64,000 bases of DNA from Mayamaea pseudoterrestris. Lineage: Eukaryota. Each line of letters starts with the position of its first letter. Position 1 is the first letter of the stretch. The position numbers were made by a program, and so were the translations under genes. The stretch is taken from the NCBI GenBank assembly GCA_027923505.1, contig BROI01000006.1:558001-622000 (forward strand), written 5' to 3'. Below, piece by piece: positions 21,928-34,900 of this stretch. The notes beneath the pieces are model-generated. The model was not told the origin of the DNA. It did not search any database and saw only the letters and a list, made by a program, of their open reading frames with translations.

Positions 21928-23880
21928 TTATGTCTTAGATTTGATTGGAGCAGGGCTCGTCTGAAGGTCTTCAATGGCGCGCAGTGACATGACAGTCTGC
22001 GGATGGTCCGGTCCTAGCGACGACCGCCAAGCATCGCGAGCCTCTAAATAATTCTTCATAGCCCCTGGAACATCTGCTTGTTGCTGCTTCACCAAGGCTA
22101 TGTTGTAGTAGGACGAACCAACGTACGGATGCGTCTCGCCCAAACTTTCTTTGAAAGCGTCCTTCGCGATCTCATAGTGCTTTAGCGCTCTCTCGTATTG
22201 ACCCTTCATGGCGTAAATCAAGCCAATATTGTTGTGGCTGCTTGCAACATCCGGATGGATCGAGCCGAGCGACTTTTCAAGCATATCATGAGCAGTTTGA
22301 AATTCTTTGAGAGCATCATTTAACTTTCCTTGCGCCTTGTAAACGTTGCCAATGCCTCCAATCGTTACCGCAAGCATGGGGTGTTCGGCGCCGAACAACC
22401 GCGTCTGTAGATCACGTGCCGCTTCAAACGACTCGAGCGCGTCCGCATGTCGGCCAAGCTGCAGTTGCGCGAGAGCAATGTTGTTGTAGCTGGAGGCAAC
22501 GTCAGCCGCCAGTTCAGGCTGATTGCCGCTCTTATCGAGTGCCTGCTGTAAGATACTCAATCCCTTTTCGTAAAGTTCCAGTGCATCAGTATACTTTTGC
22601 TGCTGATACATGACTGCTCCCATGTTGTTGATTGTGCTGGCCGTCACTGGATGTAATCGGCCGTAAATGCTTTCCTGGATTGCCAGCGCTGCTTGATATT
22701 GCTCCATACTAGCTTCCAACTCATTGATGGTACTTAGCAGCTGCGCGAGCGAGTAGTGCGAAGCCGCCACATCCGGATGCTCGTTGTTGTGGAGCGCTTT
22801 CCGAATCTGTAGGGCCTTTTGAATGAATTCCAATGCCTTGCCATAGTCGCCCTTGTGTTTGTAAGCAATTCCAATATTGTTATACGACCCGGCGGTATCA
22901 ACGTGCTCTTCGCCGTGCACTTGACGGTGAATGTCAAGCCCTTGCTGGTAATATTGTATAGCACCGTCGTAATCGCCCTTGCTATACAAAATGGCGCCCA
23001 AATTATTGAGCGACGCTGCAACGACTGGATGTTCGGGTCCGCAGTAATCCTGCTGCAGCTTTAGCGCGCATTCGAACTCGTGAAAGCAGCCGTCAATGTC
23101 GCCTTTGCGATTCAACACGGCCGCCAAGTGAATGTGCGCCGCCGCAAGCACATTTTTGCTGGATGAAACATCCTTGTGCAACCTCACAGCGTGCTGCAAG
23201 TGGACTTGCGATGATTCCAAGTCGCCGAGGCGGTAGAACAATGTTCCAATGAGAGTGTGAGTCTGTGCCTGATCTTCAGGAGAGTTTGCTTGTATCAAAA
23301 GTAGTCGTTCGTAAACCCTCAGTGCGTATTGTTTTGCCGACACAGACTGCTCCATGAGGCTAGCCAGTTCCATGAGCGCCGTTGCATTTTCGTTGGTAGT
23401 GACATATCTCGGCCAAAAAGATTGATCAACTGTATTTGCAGCCTCGTTCCAGTGCTCTATCCAAGCTTGCTGCAGTGCTGAATGTTGTACTTGCGTCGCT
23501 GCTTCGTCGGGAACGTCGACGGAAACAAGGTTTTCGCCGACTGACACGGAATCATTGACGGAGCAATGCCACTCCAAAACAAGACCAGCTCGTGGTGCGT
23601 ACACATCGACAGCAACATTATTGGCATCAGCGACGCGACCAATCAGTTGGCCGTCCTGAACGCGCTCTCCCGCTTGGACCGATTGCTCCTTCAAAGTGGC
23701 GCGATTTTGATTCGTTCCGTCATGTTGCGGCAAGCTGACTAGTTGAATGGTTTGAATTCGCAACACTGGCGACTGCGAATGGAACGGACGAAACTGTCTT
23801 TTTAACAGTATTCGACGTGACGTGCCAGAGACGGAGCGAATGAACATGATGGCGGCTATTTTGCGTCGAATGTATCCCAT
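21928..23880 (-). CDS. Lipoyl/biotinyl-like domain fused to kinesin-light-chain-type TPR repeats
   Basis: N-terminal V.AGERVQ.G..I...VYAPRAG.V...SV.VGE.LV; about ten ~42-aa repeats of the form HPxVAxSxNN(I/L)G. Confidence 0.8.
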   Translation of the reverse strand: MGYIRRKIAAIMFIRSVSGTSRRILLKRQFRPFHSQSPVLRIQTIQLVSLPQHDGTNQNRATLKEQSVQAGERVQDGQLIGRVADANNVAVDVYAPRAGLVLEWHCSVNDSVSVGENLVSVDVPDEAATQVQHSALQQAWIEHWNEAANTVDQSFWPRYVTTNENATALMELASLMEQSVSAKQYALRVYERLLLIQANSPEDQAQTHTLIGTLFYRLGDLESSQVHLQHAVRLHKDVSSSKNVLAAAHIHLAAVLNRKGDIDGCFHEFECALKLQQDYCGPEHPVVAASLNNLGAILYSKGDYDGAIQYYQQGLDIHRQVHGEEHVDTAGSYNNIGIAYKHKGDYGKALEFIQKALQIRKALHNNEHPDVAASHYSLAQLLSTINELEASMEQYQAALAIQESIYGRLHPVTASTINNMGAVMYQQQKYTDALELYEKGLSILQQALDKSGNQPELAADVASSYNNIALAQLQLGRHADALESFEAARDLQTRLFGAEHPMLAVTIGGIGNVYKAQGKLNDALKEFQTAHDMLEKSLGSIHPDVASSHNNIGLIYAMKGQYERALKHYEIAKDAFKESLGETHPYVGSSYYNIALVKQQQADVPGAMKNYLEARDAWRSSLGPDHPQTVMSLRAIEDLQTSPAPIKSKT

Positions 23881-24238
23881 GGTCGCGACAAAACTTTCGT
23901 CGCTTTAATGCGGTACTCAAAAGTCGTAGCGGTTATGTCACGCTCGTCTGCAAAAACTACGACGTAACCGCTATCTACCGGTATACCTATCATTAACATG
24001 AACAAAAGGAGCAGTAAGAAATATTCTATTTAACATTCGTTGCGAAAAGTATTTGAGCTTGCAAGATTGTGATGCGAATGCCGGGGACGAGCGATTGTAA
24101 GAATTCACAGTCCATGGTTCGGTGAATGACGGTACAAAAGCGCAAGTCGTGTCAAGTCGAGTGCATGCAAGCTGATTTTACTCCCTTGTAGATGGCTTGA
24201 TGAATCTGCGGCCTATACTTTGTTTAAAGCCATTTCGA

Positions 24239-26134
24239 TCAAGACTGACGTGATGGAGTGCCGATGGGCGCCTTGGCAACATGGCTATTTGCGTTTGATT
24301 CTTCATAGTGCTGACCACCACTACCTTGCATCAGCTCCCTAGGTGGTGTCGCTGGATCCAACGAGATTCCCTCGTGAGAAGCGTAATGGTGTTGGGAATC
24401 TGCAAGTGGTGGTCCTGGTGAATACACAGAAGGAGGAATTGCTGTTGAAGGCAGCACCATGCGTTGGTTCATCATGCACTGCGCCTGCCAAACGCTTTGC
24501 GCGGATGGACCTCGGACTGTGACAATTCGTGATCGAGTGCCAGGCATATACTCGCCTCTTTGGCTGACGCGAATTCTGGTGCCGGAAAGCATTTGCAACT
24601 CTGCGAGTGCGGTGCCAGCCCGACCAAGGATGGATCCCACCATTTGTTCGGGAACAAGAGCTTGCGCAATGAAGCAATCTGGCGCAGTCAGGACTGGTGC
24701 TTGAGGTAAAAAGCCTTCCAGCGGATGGGGAGGAGCGACCATCGAATGGGTCGTCGGCTGTAAGGTTGTGAAAGGTTGCTCACTTTTTAATGGTGGGTTT
24801 GATATGTACATGGATTGCTCGAACTGGAAAGCCAAAAGATCTGGCGCAGAGTGACTGTGGTGCACTTGTAGGGAACTTCTATCTATCGCAACTTCATCTC
24901 TGTTAGTTCTTGGTCGCAAGGTTGTTTGCTGAGAAAATGACGATGCATGTAATGGCTGCGGACCCGGTGGCATAAAAGTCGCCGGAATGGGCACAGACGC
25001 TGACGATTGAATCGTATCGCCGTGCAGCGCATTCTGCACGAAGGGTAAGGGGCGTTCCACGGCTGCTGTCGGTCCTGTTAGAGGCATCTGATAGTCGTGG
25101 AGCTGCACTTGTGAAGGGTGACCTTGCGTGAAGCCGGCGAGGTTGGGCGCAGAAACAAATCTTCTTTGCATGCCAGGGTGGCCGTATGGAAAAATGCCCT
25201 GACTGTGCAATCGCCAAGGATCTTGTGAGAGCGCATGGCGAGCGCGCATCTGGTGGGCCAAGTGCAGGCCGTTGCCACCATGGATAGGAAGCGCCTGAGA
25301 CAGGATTCGAGCATAGCTTGTTGTCAAATTCGTATACTGACATATATCAGGTTGAGTCGCCATACTGTCGACAATAAGAAAAAGACATTGGGTGGTGTGG
25401 TCAAGATGCGCCGCTGTCACTGTGACGATCCGCTCATTGGTGGCAGCGGCTACTGGAGTCGGGTAATTAGCATCAATCTCGTCTTTCGGAGACAACCGTA
25501 CAGACGTAACACCAGTTGATTCCTCCAGATACTTGATGTTTGCACCAGCCTTGCCTATAATCATTCCACAGCAGGAATTTGGTACGAGCAGCCGGGAAAT
25601 GAAGACGAAGGGATGCCTTGATTCGCTGCCTTGCTGCTGCTGTTGCCACGATATGTGCTGCGCATACTGGTGCTCCTGCAGCGCGAAAAGTCGTTCAAGC
25701 AACAATCGCAGAGCAGCTTTGACGTTTTCGGTTTCTCCTTGCACGAGACAAACTCTATCTTGCGTTCCAGGGAAGAAATCTCCCGACTGACTCAGTTTTA
25801 TCCGCGTCCTGGATTGTGCTTGCAATTCGGAGACGGTTTGGCCAGCGCGCCCAATGATCGAAGCTGCGACATTATTCGATACTAGAAGCTTGATAGCGGA
25901 GGGGTAATTTGCGGGATTGTATCGCTGCGGAGATGGTGGTGAATGTCCTGTATGATTCGCCAAGCTCCCCTGTTCTTCGAAGTATGGTGGATGCCCTAAT
26001 ATCCGTTTTTGCTGTGGCGATGGTGTGTGGTTGGGCCCGTACAAAGGCGTGGTCCTCCAGGCAGGTTCACTTTGAAAGCTGCCATGAGAAAGATCTGGTG
26101 GATGGACATTATGTCTGTCACTTGTGTTGTCCAA
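24239..26134 (-). CDS. Three-KH-domain RNA-binding protein (Nova/BTR1-like)
   Basis: IIGRAG, IIGKAG and ILGRAG GxxG loops; SQSGDFFPGTQDR and SQRGEYMPGTRSR are Nova-like loops. Confidence 0.88.
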   Translation of the reverse strand: MDNTSDRHNVHPPDLSHGSFQSEPAWRTTPLYGPNHTPSPQQKRILGHPPYFEEQGSLANHTGHSPPSPQRYNPANYPSAIKLLVSNNVAASIIGRAGQTVSELQAQSRTRIKLSQSGDFFPGTQDRVCLVQGETENVKAALRLLLERLFALQEHQYAQHISWQQQQQGSESRHPFVFISRLLVPNSCCGMIIGKAGANIKYLEESTGVTSVRLSPKDEIDANYPTPVAAATNERIVTVTAAHLDHTTQCLFLIVDSMATQPDICQYTNLTTSYARILSQALPIHGGNGLHLAHQMRARHALSQDPWRLHSQGIFPYGHPGMQRRFVSAPNLAGFTQGHPSQVQLHDYQMPLTGPTAAVERPLPFVQNALHGDTIQSSASVPIPATFMPPGPQPLHASSFSQQTTLRPRTNRDEVAIDRSSLQVHHSHSAPDLLAFQFEQSMYISNPPLKSEQPFTTLQPTTHSMVAPPHPLEGFLPQAPVLTAPDCFIAQALVPEQMVGSILGRAGTALAELQMLSGTRIRVSQRGEYMPGTRSRIVTVRGPSAQSVWQAQCMMNQRMVLPSTAIPPSVYSPGPPLADSQHHYASHEGISLDPATPPRELMQGSGGQHYEESNANSHVAKAPIGTPSRQS

Positions 26135-27344
26135 TGCGACTCCATTGTCAACGCTAGTAGGTGTTGATGTTGTCCCGGTCGTTTGCCCGGATGAATGCGC
26201 CGGCGATGGAGACTTTTCTGTTCTTTCAGGCAGTGGTGTTTCTCTAAGCGTACTACCTTCGGGGATAGTGGATATATGTTGCTGAAAAGGATTATCGAGT
26301 GGAGTGCTTTGAAAATAGTTCGGAAAACCATTCTCATAAAATGTGTACGGATCTTGGGGATCAATGGAATGGCCTTGGTGTTGGCGCTCTTTCTTTGGGA
26401 ATGCATAGAATGAGGATCGTTAGAAGATATATACCAAAGAGCCACTGATATGCTTTATAACAACTTACTTCTTGGTGATGCTCCATGTCGATTGGCGTTA
26501 GGATCGGTAAATTGACGCGTCCCGCCAAAGTTTGCGTTGACCTGTCCGAGACAGCTGATAAGATGATATTTAGATGTCGGGACTAGTGAACATCTCAGGG
26601 GACCTTTCCTGTAATCGACTGGTCGTAAGATAAAAAAAGCATCATGAATGAGAGATCTGTCGCATGTCGCATCGACCGTAGTCGGAAACGGGAAATAACA
26701 AGATTCAAATCTATGTATGTATACAGATTCAGCTTCTCTCACAGACACTCGAAAATATGCAGTTGCTCTGGTGTCAGTTGCAAAGCTCCGAGACCGAAAA
26801 ATCGTCTTTCGAGCTACCGTAGTACCATTTGGCAATGACGATTCCAATGCTTTTCCAACAAAAATGTGGCCCTCAACCAGCGCCGCACCTCACTTCCGTT
26901 GGCCTGCACCCCTTGGCTGTCCTCCCTGCACTCTGCTTTATCTTTTCCGTGTCATACAAATCTTGCTACGTACCCGTCGATCAAAAAATGATCATCATTT
27001 TGGGGGATGCTTTCGCATCCAAGTCGATGTCGCCCATGGTTTGGCTTCCGCGATGAGAAGACTGACGTACTGCAACTCGCTACGTAGTTCCTACGACGAT
27101 TGTGTACCGAGACGCTTGACGCTGGTGACGTATGGCAACTCTTGCATCGTATCGGTTCTCATTTTTTCGCGCCAAAAATTCTTGGCGAGGCCTGGTTTTT
27201 GATCGACCGCTGCTTCGTGACATCTTCACTTCTCGTCGTCGACCGTCGAAGCTGCTGCCACAGCTGTCAAACAGTCCTTTCTTGCTCGTGCTAGACTCTC
27301 TGCACTAACTATCTTCTCGTCTCCATCAACGCTGCACTAATAAC

Positions 27345-28201
27345 ATGTCGTCAGCAATTCAATACGCTCGGTCTTTGTCTGGAAGCAATGTGAGCGAAAA
27401 TTTGCCTCCAAGAACTCTTGCGCGGCTGTCTCGCGAAGTTCGAGATTTGCATCAAAAACCACCAGAAGGCGTTTGCATGATTGTCGATAGCGACACTGGA
27501 TTGCCATCCAACCTTGGTGAGATTATGGTGAGTCGCAACAGACGAGGAGATCCCATGGTGGCAAAACGACAGCAATCGACAGCGGCGGCAGTCTTTGACG
27601 CGTGCTCCCAACGGCTGCTACTTAAGGGTTTCATGAAAATGCGAGATAATTAAATAAGCCCTTAACTGACAATGACTTTTTTCCCTTCTCGTCGAATCCG
27701 CAGGCGGAGATGGAAGGTCCCGTGGATACGCCGTATGAAGGCAAGTTCTTTTTGCTCAAGCTTGTCTTTGGCCAGGATTTTCCGCATACACCGCCGAGGG
27801 GTTTTTTCTTGACGAAATTGTACCATCCGAACGTTGATATTTCGAATGGAGGGATCTGTGTCAACACTTTGAAGAAGGATTGGACGCCCGACACTTCTAT
27901 CAGTCATGTCTTGGCGGTGATTCGCTGCTTGATGATTATTCCGTTTCCGGAGAGTAGTTTGAACGACGAAGCAGGCAAGCTTTTCATGGAATCATACGCG
28001 GAGTATGCCAAGCGAGCTCGACTCATGGCGGATGTCCATGGCCGCACCGAATCGGCGTGCGCCAAGGATAGTGATCAACAAAAGAAGCAACCAGACGATC
28101 GTGTTTTGAAGAGTTCGAGTGACAATCCGCTTCGTAGCAACAATACGAGCAAGCCGATGAAGAAGGAACTTAGTAAGAAGAAGAGTTTGAAACGTTTGTA
28201 G
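27345..28201 (+). CDS. UBE2S: Ubiquitin-conjugating enzyme E2 S; 2 exons, intron 27528-27703
   Basis: EGPVDTPYEG, HPNV..NGGICVNTLKKDW, PFPESSLNDEAGKL, C-terminal KKSLKRL; in-frame GTGAGT..CAG intron. Confidence 0.92.
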
Positions 28202-28917
28202 CATGCGAGTAGAGCGACTCGGTGTAAATTGGGATTAGAAAGCCAGTTAAGCTTTATTCGTCTTGATTTTTTGTATTCACGGAAATAGCGCATCCATTTG
28301 TAGCGGCAATGCTTCATTACAACCATGCTCCTACTACCGCAGTAGGTTAGAGCAATGCACATGTTGCCTCCCTCTATCCAGATCCTTGCTGCCAATCTAG
28401 ATACTTCCGCTACAACTGCAGTGTTCCATCGAGGAGCAAGAGCGTCGGTCGGTATGAAGAGGCAACACCGTCACTCTGACAAGTGACCATGCTGGGACAG
28501 GGAGCAGAGCAAAGAAGTTGCCCATTGACATTCCTCGTGTCTAATACTCTGAGGCACTACATTGTGCCAGATGGATGTGAGATTTACCACCCGCAATCAG
28601 ATGAAGCCGAGCAGTTCAAGCTGCAGTGTTAGCTACCGAAAGTCGGACACTCGAGCCATGCGACCTTTCTCAAAACCGTTGCGACGTCTTGCACGTTCGC
28701 CTATTTCGGACGACGGACGCGCGTCACGTTCCGAACCGCTCGCCATGGAGATGAGCATTTCGACCAAGGGCCAGCATCAAGGAAAGCAAGAGGTTCAAGG
28801 CTTGAAACAGACGTGCAGCATAAGAATCAAGCGAATCGGCTGACAGCTTGTTGGTTTTGCGAAGAAATTTCTTCTCTATTTGCTACCGCTATTTGAGTAA
28901 GCGTTGATCGCATCAAC

Positions 28918-31900
28918 ATGAGCTCGCCGCCGCCCAAGCCAAAGAAACTGCACCCCAGGCTGCTCTTCGACTACGACAAGGTTCCACCCAAGCCGCAGTT
29001 TGAACCGCCCCTTCCCACCTCGGATGCCGCAATCAACCATGTTCCGAATCCCTACAAGAACTCGAGTCTGGTGCATGAAAAGATTCAAGCCATTCGCGAG
29101 CGCAGCACCATTAGTGGAAACCGACGCGACGAGATTGATTGGAACCAGCAAGAATCACTAGCGACTGATAACCATCCTGCCGCCTTTCCATACTTTGTGC
29201 GAGGCCGCGATAGTGTACGCTCGTACTTGAACGAGTTGTTCCAAAAGCAGATTGTCATTTACGACGGCGCCATGGGCACCATGATTCAAAACTACTCGAA
29301 ACGCAACAAGCTGGAGGAGGAGGAGTATCGGGGCGACCGCTTTGCCGATTGGACCTGCGCCGTCAAGGGGAACAATGATATGCTGAGTATCTCCCAGCCG
29401 CAGATTATTAGTAACATTTACCGCGGCTACTTGGAGGAGGCTGGCTCCAACTTGATTGGAACAAACACCTTTTCGTCAACCACCATTGCCATGGCTGATT
29501 ACGCCATGGAGGCCTATGCCTACGAGTTGAACTATGAAGGCGCCCGCTTGGCGCGAGAAGCTTGTGATGCTGTCACTGCCATGGATCCCACCAAGCCCCG
29601 GTTTGTGGTGGGAGCCATTGGTCCTACCAACAGGACTGGGTCTATTTCTCCGAGTGTGGAGGATCCTGCCGCTCGTAATGTCACCTTTGATGAGTTGGTG
29701 GAAACATACTTTGAGCAAGTGGTTGGATTGGTGGATGGAGGATCGGATATTCTCATGGTGGAGACCATTTTTGATACATTGAACGCCAAGGCGGCGCTTT
29801 ACGCGATTGGCGAGTTTTTGGAGATGAGTGGACTTGATATTCCAGTCTTTGTGTCTGGGACACTGGTGGACCAGTCGGGACGAACACTATCTGGTCAAAC
29901 TGGAGAAGCCTTTTACGTTTCTATTCGTCATGCCAGACCATTCTGCGTCGGTTTGAACTGCGCTCTGGGAGCCTCGCACATGAAACCCTTTGTCGAGCGC
30001 CTTTCCAAAGCTGCCGAATGCTACGTTCACGTGTACTCGAACGCTGGTCTTCCCAACGCCATGGGTGGTTATGATGACACTCCTGCAACCATGGCGGAGC
30101 AAAACAAGGTTTTCTTTGAGAATGGATGGCTCAATATGGTTGGCGGCTGCTGCGGGTCGACGCCTCCTCACATTAAAGCCATTGCAGACGTTGCTAAAGA
30201 GTTTGCGCCGCGGAAACTGCCCGATCTCGGTCGCCCAAAAATGTGGCTGAGTGGACTTGAAGACTTAAAGGTGGAAGACTCGCATAACCACCTTGGTCTG
30301 CCGTTTTTGAACGTTGGTGAGCGGTGCAACATTGCCGGCAGCATCAAGTTTAAAAAGCTCATGATGGCTGGAGATTATGGAGCGGCAATGGATATTGCCA
30401 AGCAGCAAGTTGAGGATGGCGCCAATGTGATTGATATCAATGTTGACGACGGCATGCTGGATGGCCTTGCAGCGATGCAGAAATTTGTCAAGATTGCCGT
30501 TACGGAGCCAGAGATTGCCAAGGTCCCTTTCATGTTGGACGCTTCGAAATTTGAGATTGTCCTGGCTGGCCTTAAATGGTGCCAAGGAAAGTGCATTGTG
30601 AATTCTATCTCGCTCAAAGTTGGAGAGGAATTGTTTATAGAGCATGCAACCCTCTTGAAGAAGCATGGTGCTGCTGTAGTGGTCATGGCCTTTGACGAAG
30701 AAGGGCAAGCAGCCACCGAAGAAGAGAAGGTTCGCATTTGCAAGCGCTCCTATGATATACTGGTGGACAGAGTTAAGTTTCCTCCGGAGGATATCATTTT
30801 TGACCCAAACGTGCTGACCATCGGTACGGGTATGGAAGAGCATGCCAACTATGGCGTAGACTTTTTGAGGGCAACCAAGCGCATCAAGGAGGTGTGCCCC
30901 TACGTTAAGATTAGTGGAGGCATCTCCAACCTTTCCTTTGGTTTTCGCGGTGTGACGAAGGTTCGCGAGTCGATTCATGCCGTGTTCCTGCACCATGCGA
31001 TTCTGGAATATGGCATGGACGTTGGAATTGTAAATGCGAAGGAGATGCTTGGCATTGAGGACCTTCAGAATGATATGCTCACGCTCTGCGAGAATTTGGT
31101 GTTTAACAAGACGCCAGCTGCGACTGACGACATGCTCGAGCGAACAGAATACGAGCGTGCTGTCATGGATGCTAAGAAGAAGGGACATCCGCCTCCTCGA
31201 AAGCCGCGAGGAACTGTCACAAATCTACCGCGCTTGACCTTTCCTTATGACGAAAAGGCGCCCACGCCGCAATTTGAGCCTCCGACTCCCACGTCGGATG
31301 CTGCTATAAATCATTGGCCGAATCCGTACATGAACTCGAGCTTGGTGCACGAAAAAATCCAGGCTATTCGCCACAGGAGCACTATGACTGGAGAACGCCG
31401 GCAACAGATTGACTGGGCTCAAGCAGGTGACTCCGCACCAGCTACATTTCCGTATTTCGTCAGAGGGCGTGACAGCGTCAGAACGTACCTGAACGAGCTT
31501 TTCAAACGACAAATTGTTATATACGATGGAGCTATGGGAACCATGATTCAAAACTACGCCAAGAGGAACAAGCTCGAGGAGGAGGAATACCGAGGAGAGC
31601 GATTTAAGGATTGGAGTTGTAATGTGAAAGGAAACAATGACATGCTTAGTATTTCGCAGCCTCAAATCATCAGCGCTATCTACAGAGGGTATCTTAAGGA
31701 AGCTGGATCGAACCTTATTGGGACGAATACATTTTCATCGACGACGATTGCCATGGCGGACTACAAGATGGAAGCTTTTGCATACGAATTAAATTACGAA
31801 GGGGCTCGGTTGGCTCGTGAGGCTTGCGATGCAGTGACGGCTATGGACCCGACGAAGCCTCGCTTTGTTGTCGGAGCTATCGGGCCGACGAATCGAACTG

Positions 31901-34900
31901 GATCGATTTCGCCCAGTGTTGAAGACCCGGCGGCGCGAAACGTAACATTTGACGAGCTTGTCGAGACTTACTTTGAGGAAGTTGTTGGTTTAGTTGACGG
32001 TGGGTCGGATATTTTAATGGTGGAGACCATCTTTGATACTTTAAACGCAAAGGCAGCCTTGTATGCTATTGGGGAATTTTTGGAAATGAGTGGTCTTGAT
32101 ATCCCGGTCTTCATTTCGGGAACGTTGGTTGATCAGTCTGGGCGGACGCTTTCTGGCCAGACTGGAGAAGCTTTTTATGTGTCTGTCCGACACGCGAAGC
32201 CGTTCTGTGTTGGTCTCAATTGTGCCTTAGGAGCATCACATATGAAGCCATTTGTTGAGCGACTGTCAAAGGCAGCGGAATGTTATGTCCATGTTTACTC
32301 AAATGCGGGGCTGCCTAATGCGATGGGAGGATATGATGATACGCCTGCTACCATGGCCGAACAGAACAAGGTATTTTTCGAGAATAGCTGGCTCAACATG
32401 GTCGGGGGTTGCTGTGGCTCAACACCGCCCCATATTAAGGCCATTGCCGAGGAGGCCCGTAACTTTGCTCCTCGCAAACTACCGCACCTTGGTCGTCCGA
32501 AAATGTGGCTGAGCGGCTTGGAGGATTTGAAAGTGGAAGATACCCACAATCATCTTGGCTTACCATTCTTGAACGTTGGCGAACGGTGCAACATTGCGGG
32601 CAGCATCAAGTTTAAGAAGCTGATGATGGCTGGCGACTACGGTGCCGCGATGGATATTGCCAAGCAACAGGTTGAAGATGGGGCGAACGTTATCGACATT
32701 AATGTCGATGATGGTATGCTTGACGGCCTTGCGGCCATGCAAAAGTTTGTAAAAATTGCGGTGACTGAACCAGAAATTGCGAAAGTGCCGTTTATGCTGG
32801 ATGCCTCCAAGTTTGAGATTGTTCTCGCTGGGTTGAAGTGGTGTCAAGGGAAGTGCATCGTTAACTCCATCTCATTGAAGGTTGGCGAAGCGCTTTTCAT
32901 TGAGCATGCTACTCTCCTAAAGAAACACGGAGCCGCCGTCGTCGTGATGGCTTTTGATGAAGAAGGCCAGGCTGCAACAGAAGAGGAGAAAGTCCGCATC
33001 TGCAAGCGCTCGTATGATATTCTTGTGGACAAGGTCAAGTTTCCACCCGAGGACATTATCTTTGATCCTAATGTGTTAACTATTGGGACTGGCATGGAGG
33101 AGCATTCGAATTATGGTGTTGACTTTCTTAAAGCAACGAAGCGCATTAAAGAAGTCTGCCCATATGTGAAGATCAGTGGTGGCATTTCCAACCTGTCATT
33201 TGGGTTCCGAGGGGTGACAAAGATTCGGGAATCCATTCATGCTGTCTTTCTCCATCACGCCATTTTGGAGTATGGCATGGATGTTGGTATCGTTAATGCT
33301 AAGGAAATGCTTGCTTTGGACGAAGTCGAGCCTGAACTTCTTGAAGCGTCCGAGAATCTGATATTTAATAAGAATCCTGAAGCGACTGACGTTATGCTTG
33401 AGCTCACAAAGAAGGAGAAAGAGGCTATGGAAGCGCTTAAGAAGGGGGGTGGTGCTCCGAAAGAAGCCAAGTCGGCTTGGCGCGAGCTTGAGCCGAAGAA
33501 GCGACTCGAACATTCTCTCATCAATGGAATATCCGAGTACATTGATGCGGACGTGGAAGAGGCGCGACAGCTTTGCAGCAGACCACTTGAAGTTATTGAA
33601 GGCCCCTTGATGGATGGCATGAATATTGTCGGCGACTTGTTTGGTTCTGGAAAGATGTTTTTGCCTCAGGTCATTAAATCGGCTCGCGTGATGAAGAAGG
33701 CGGTTGCATATCTGCTTCCTTTCATGGACAAAGAGAAGAGGGATAACTTGATAGCTCAAGGACTGGACCCGGACTCGGTCGATGAAAATGACGATTCCAA
33801 TTTCAACGGCAAAGTTCTGATGGCCACGGTCAAAGGCGATGTCCATGACATTGGCAAAAATATCGTCGCAGTCGTGCTTGGATGCAACAATTATAAAGTG
33901 TTTGATATCGGCGTCATGTGCTCGACGGAGCTGATTCTCGAAAAGGCTCGCGAATACGATGTGGACGTCATAGGGCTCTCGGGCCTTATCACACCATCGC
34001 TAGATGAGATGGTTGTAGTTGCAAAAGAGCTTTCGAAACGCGGGTTTAAGCAACCATTGCTGATTGGCGGCGCGACGACGTCAAAGATGCACACAGCTGT
34101 GAAAATCTCGCCGAATTATTCAACTGCCGAGCATCCAGTCATCCATGTTCTTGACGCGTCGCGTTCTGTGACTGTCGTCTCTTCGCTGCTGAACGAGAAC
34201 AAGCGAGACTTCGTGGAAGACTTGAAGGAAGAGTACAACGAACTGCGCGAGGACTATTATGCTGGACTTGAGGACCGATATTTCCTGACGCACGAGAAGG
34301 CTATGGAGCAGAAGATGCCAATTGACTTTACTGCGCGACCCCCTGCGCCTTCGCCCAACCAAATTGGTGTGACTGTCATTGACTCGGTAAGCCTCGTTGA
34401 CATCGTCCCTTTTATCGACTGGAATCCCTTCTTTCAGACTTGGGAGCTTCGTGGCCGCTACCCAAATCGTGGCTACCCCAAGATTTTTAATGATGAATCG
34501 GTCGGTTCCGAGGCCAAGAAGCTTTTTAACGATGCGCAAGCATTGCTGAACAAGATTATCGCCGATGGTTCAATGAACGTGAAAGGAGTTGTTGGTTTGT
34601 TTCCGGCAAACAGTTCGAATGGCGGCGAAGATGTTGATGTGTTTGCAAGCGAAGCCGAGCGCGAGGCTGGCAACAAACTTGCTACCTTTTGCATGCTTCG
34701 TCAGCAGGCCGAGAAAGAGTCCTCAGACCCCTACCTGTCTCAAGCGGATTTTGTCGCTCCACCTGGCATCAAGGACTATCTTGGAATGTTTGCCGTTTCT
34801 TGTTTCGGTTGCGAAGCTCTCGTGAATAAGTTCGAAAGTGAGAATGACGACTACAACAAGATTATGTCACAGGCACTTGCGGATCGTTTTGTTGAAGCCT

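Noticed and set aside
26195..27294. Short ORFs between the KH and UBE2S genes
   Set aside because: No motifs; more likely UTR and divergent promoter sequence.
28400..28917. Cobalamin riboswitch or upstream exon (ORF 28562..28843) before MetH
   Set aside because: No B12-box consensus seen, the ORF has no motif, and no convincing splice pair links it to MetH.
28966..33400. MetH duplication as an assembly artefact or merged alleles
   Set aside because: The copies differ at many synonymous positions and by small indels, and are joined by a unique in-frame linker. Artefactual duplicates would be near-identical in DNA.
30265..33846. Long antisense ORFs inside MetH, and similar ones inside other genes
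   Set aside because: Shadow frames of strongly coding sequence with no independent motifs.
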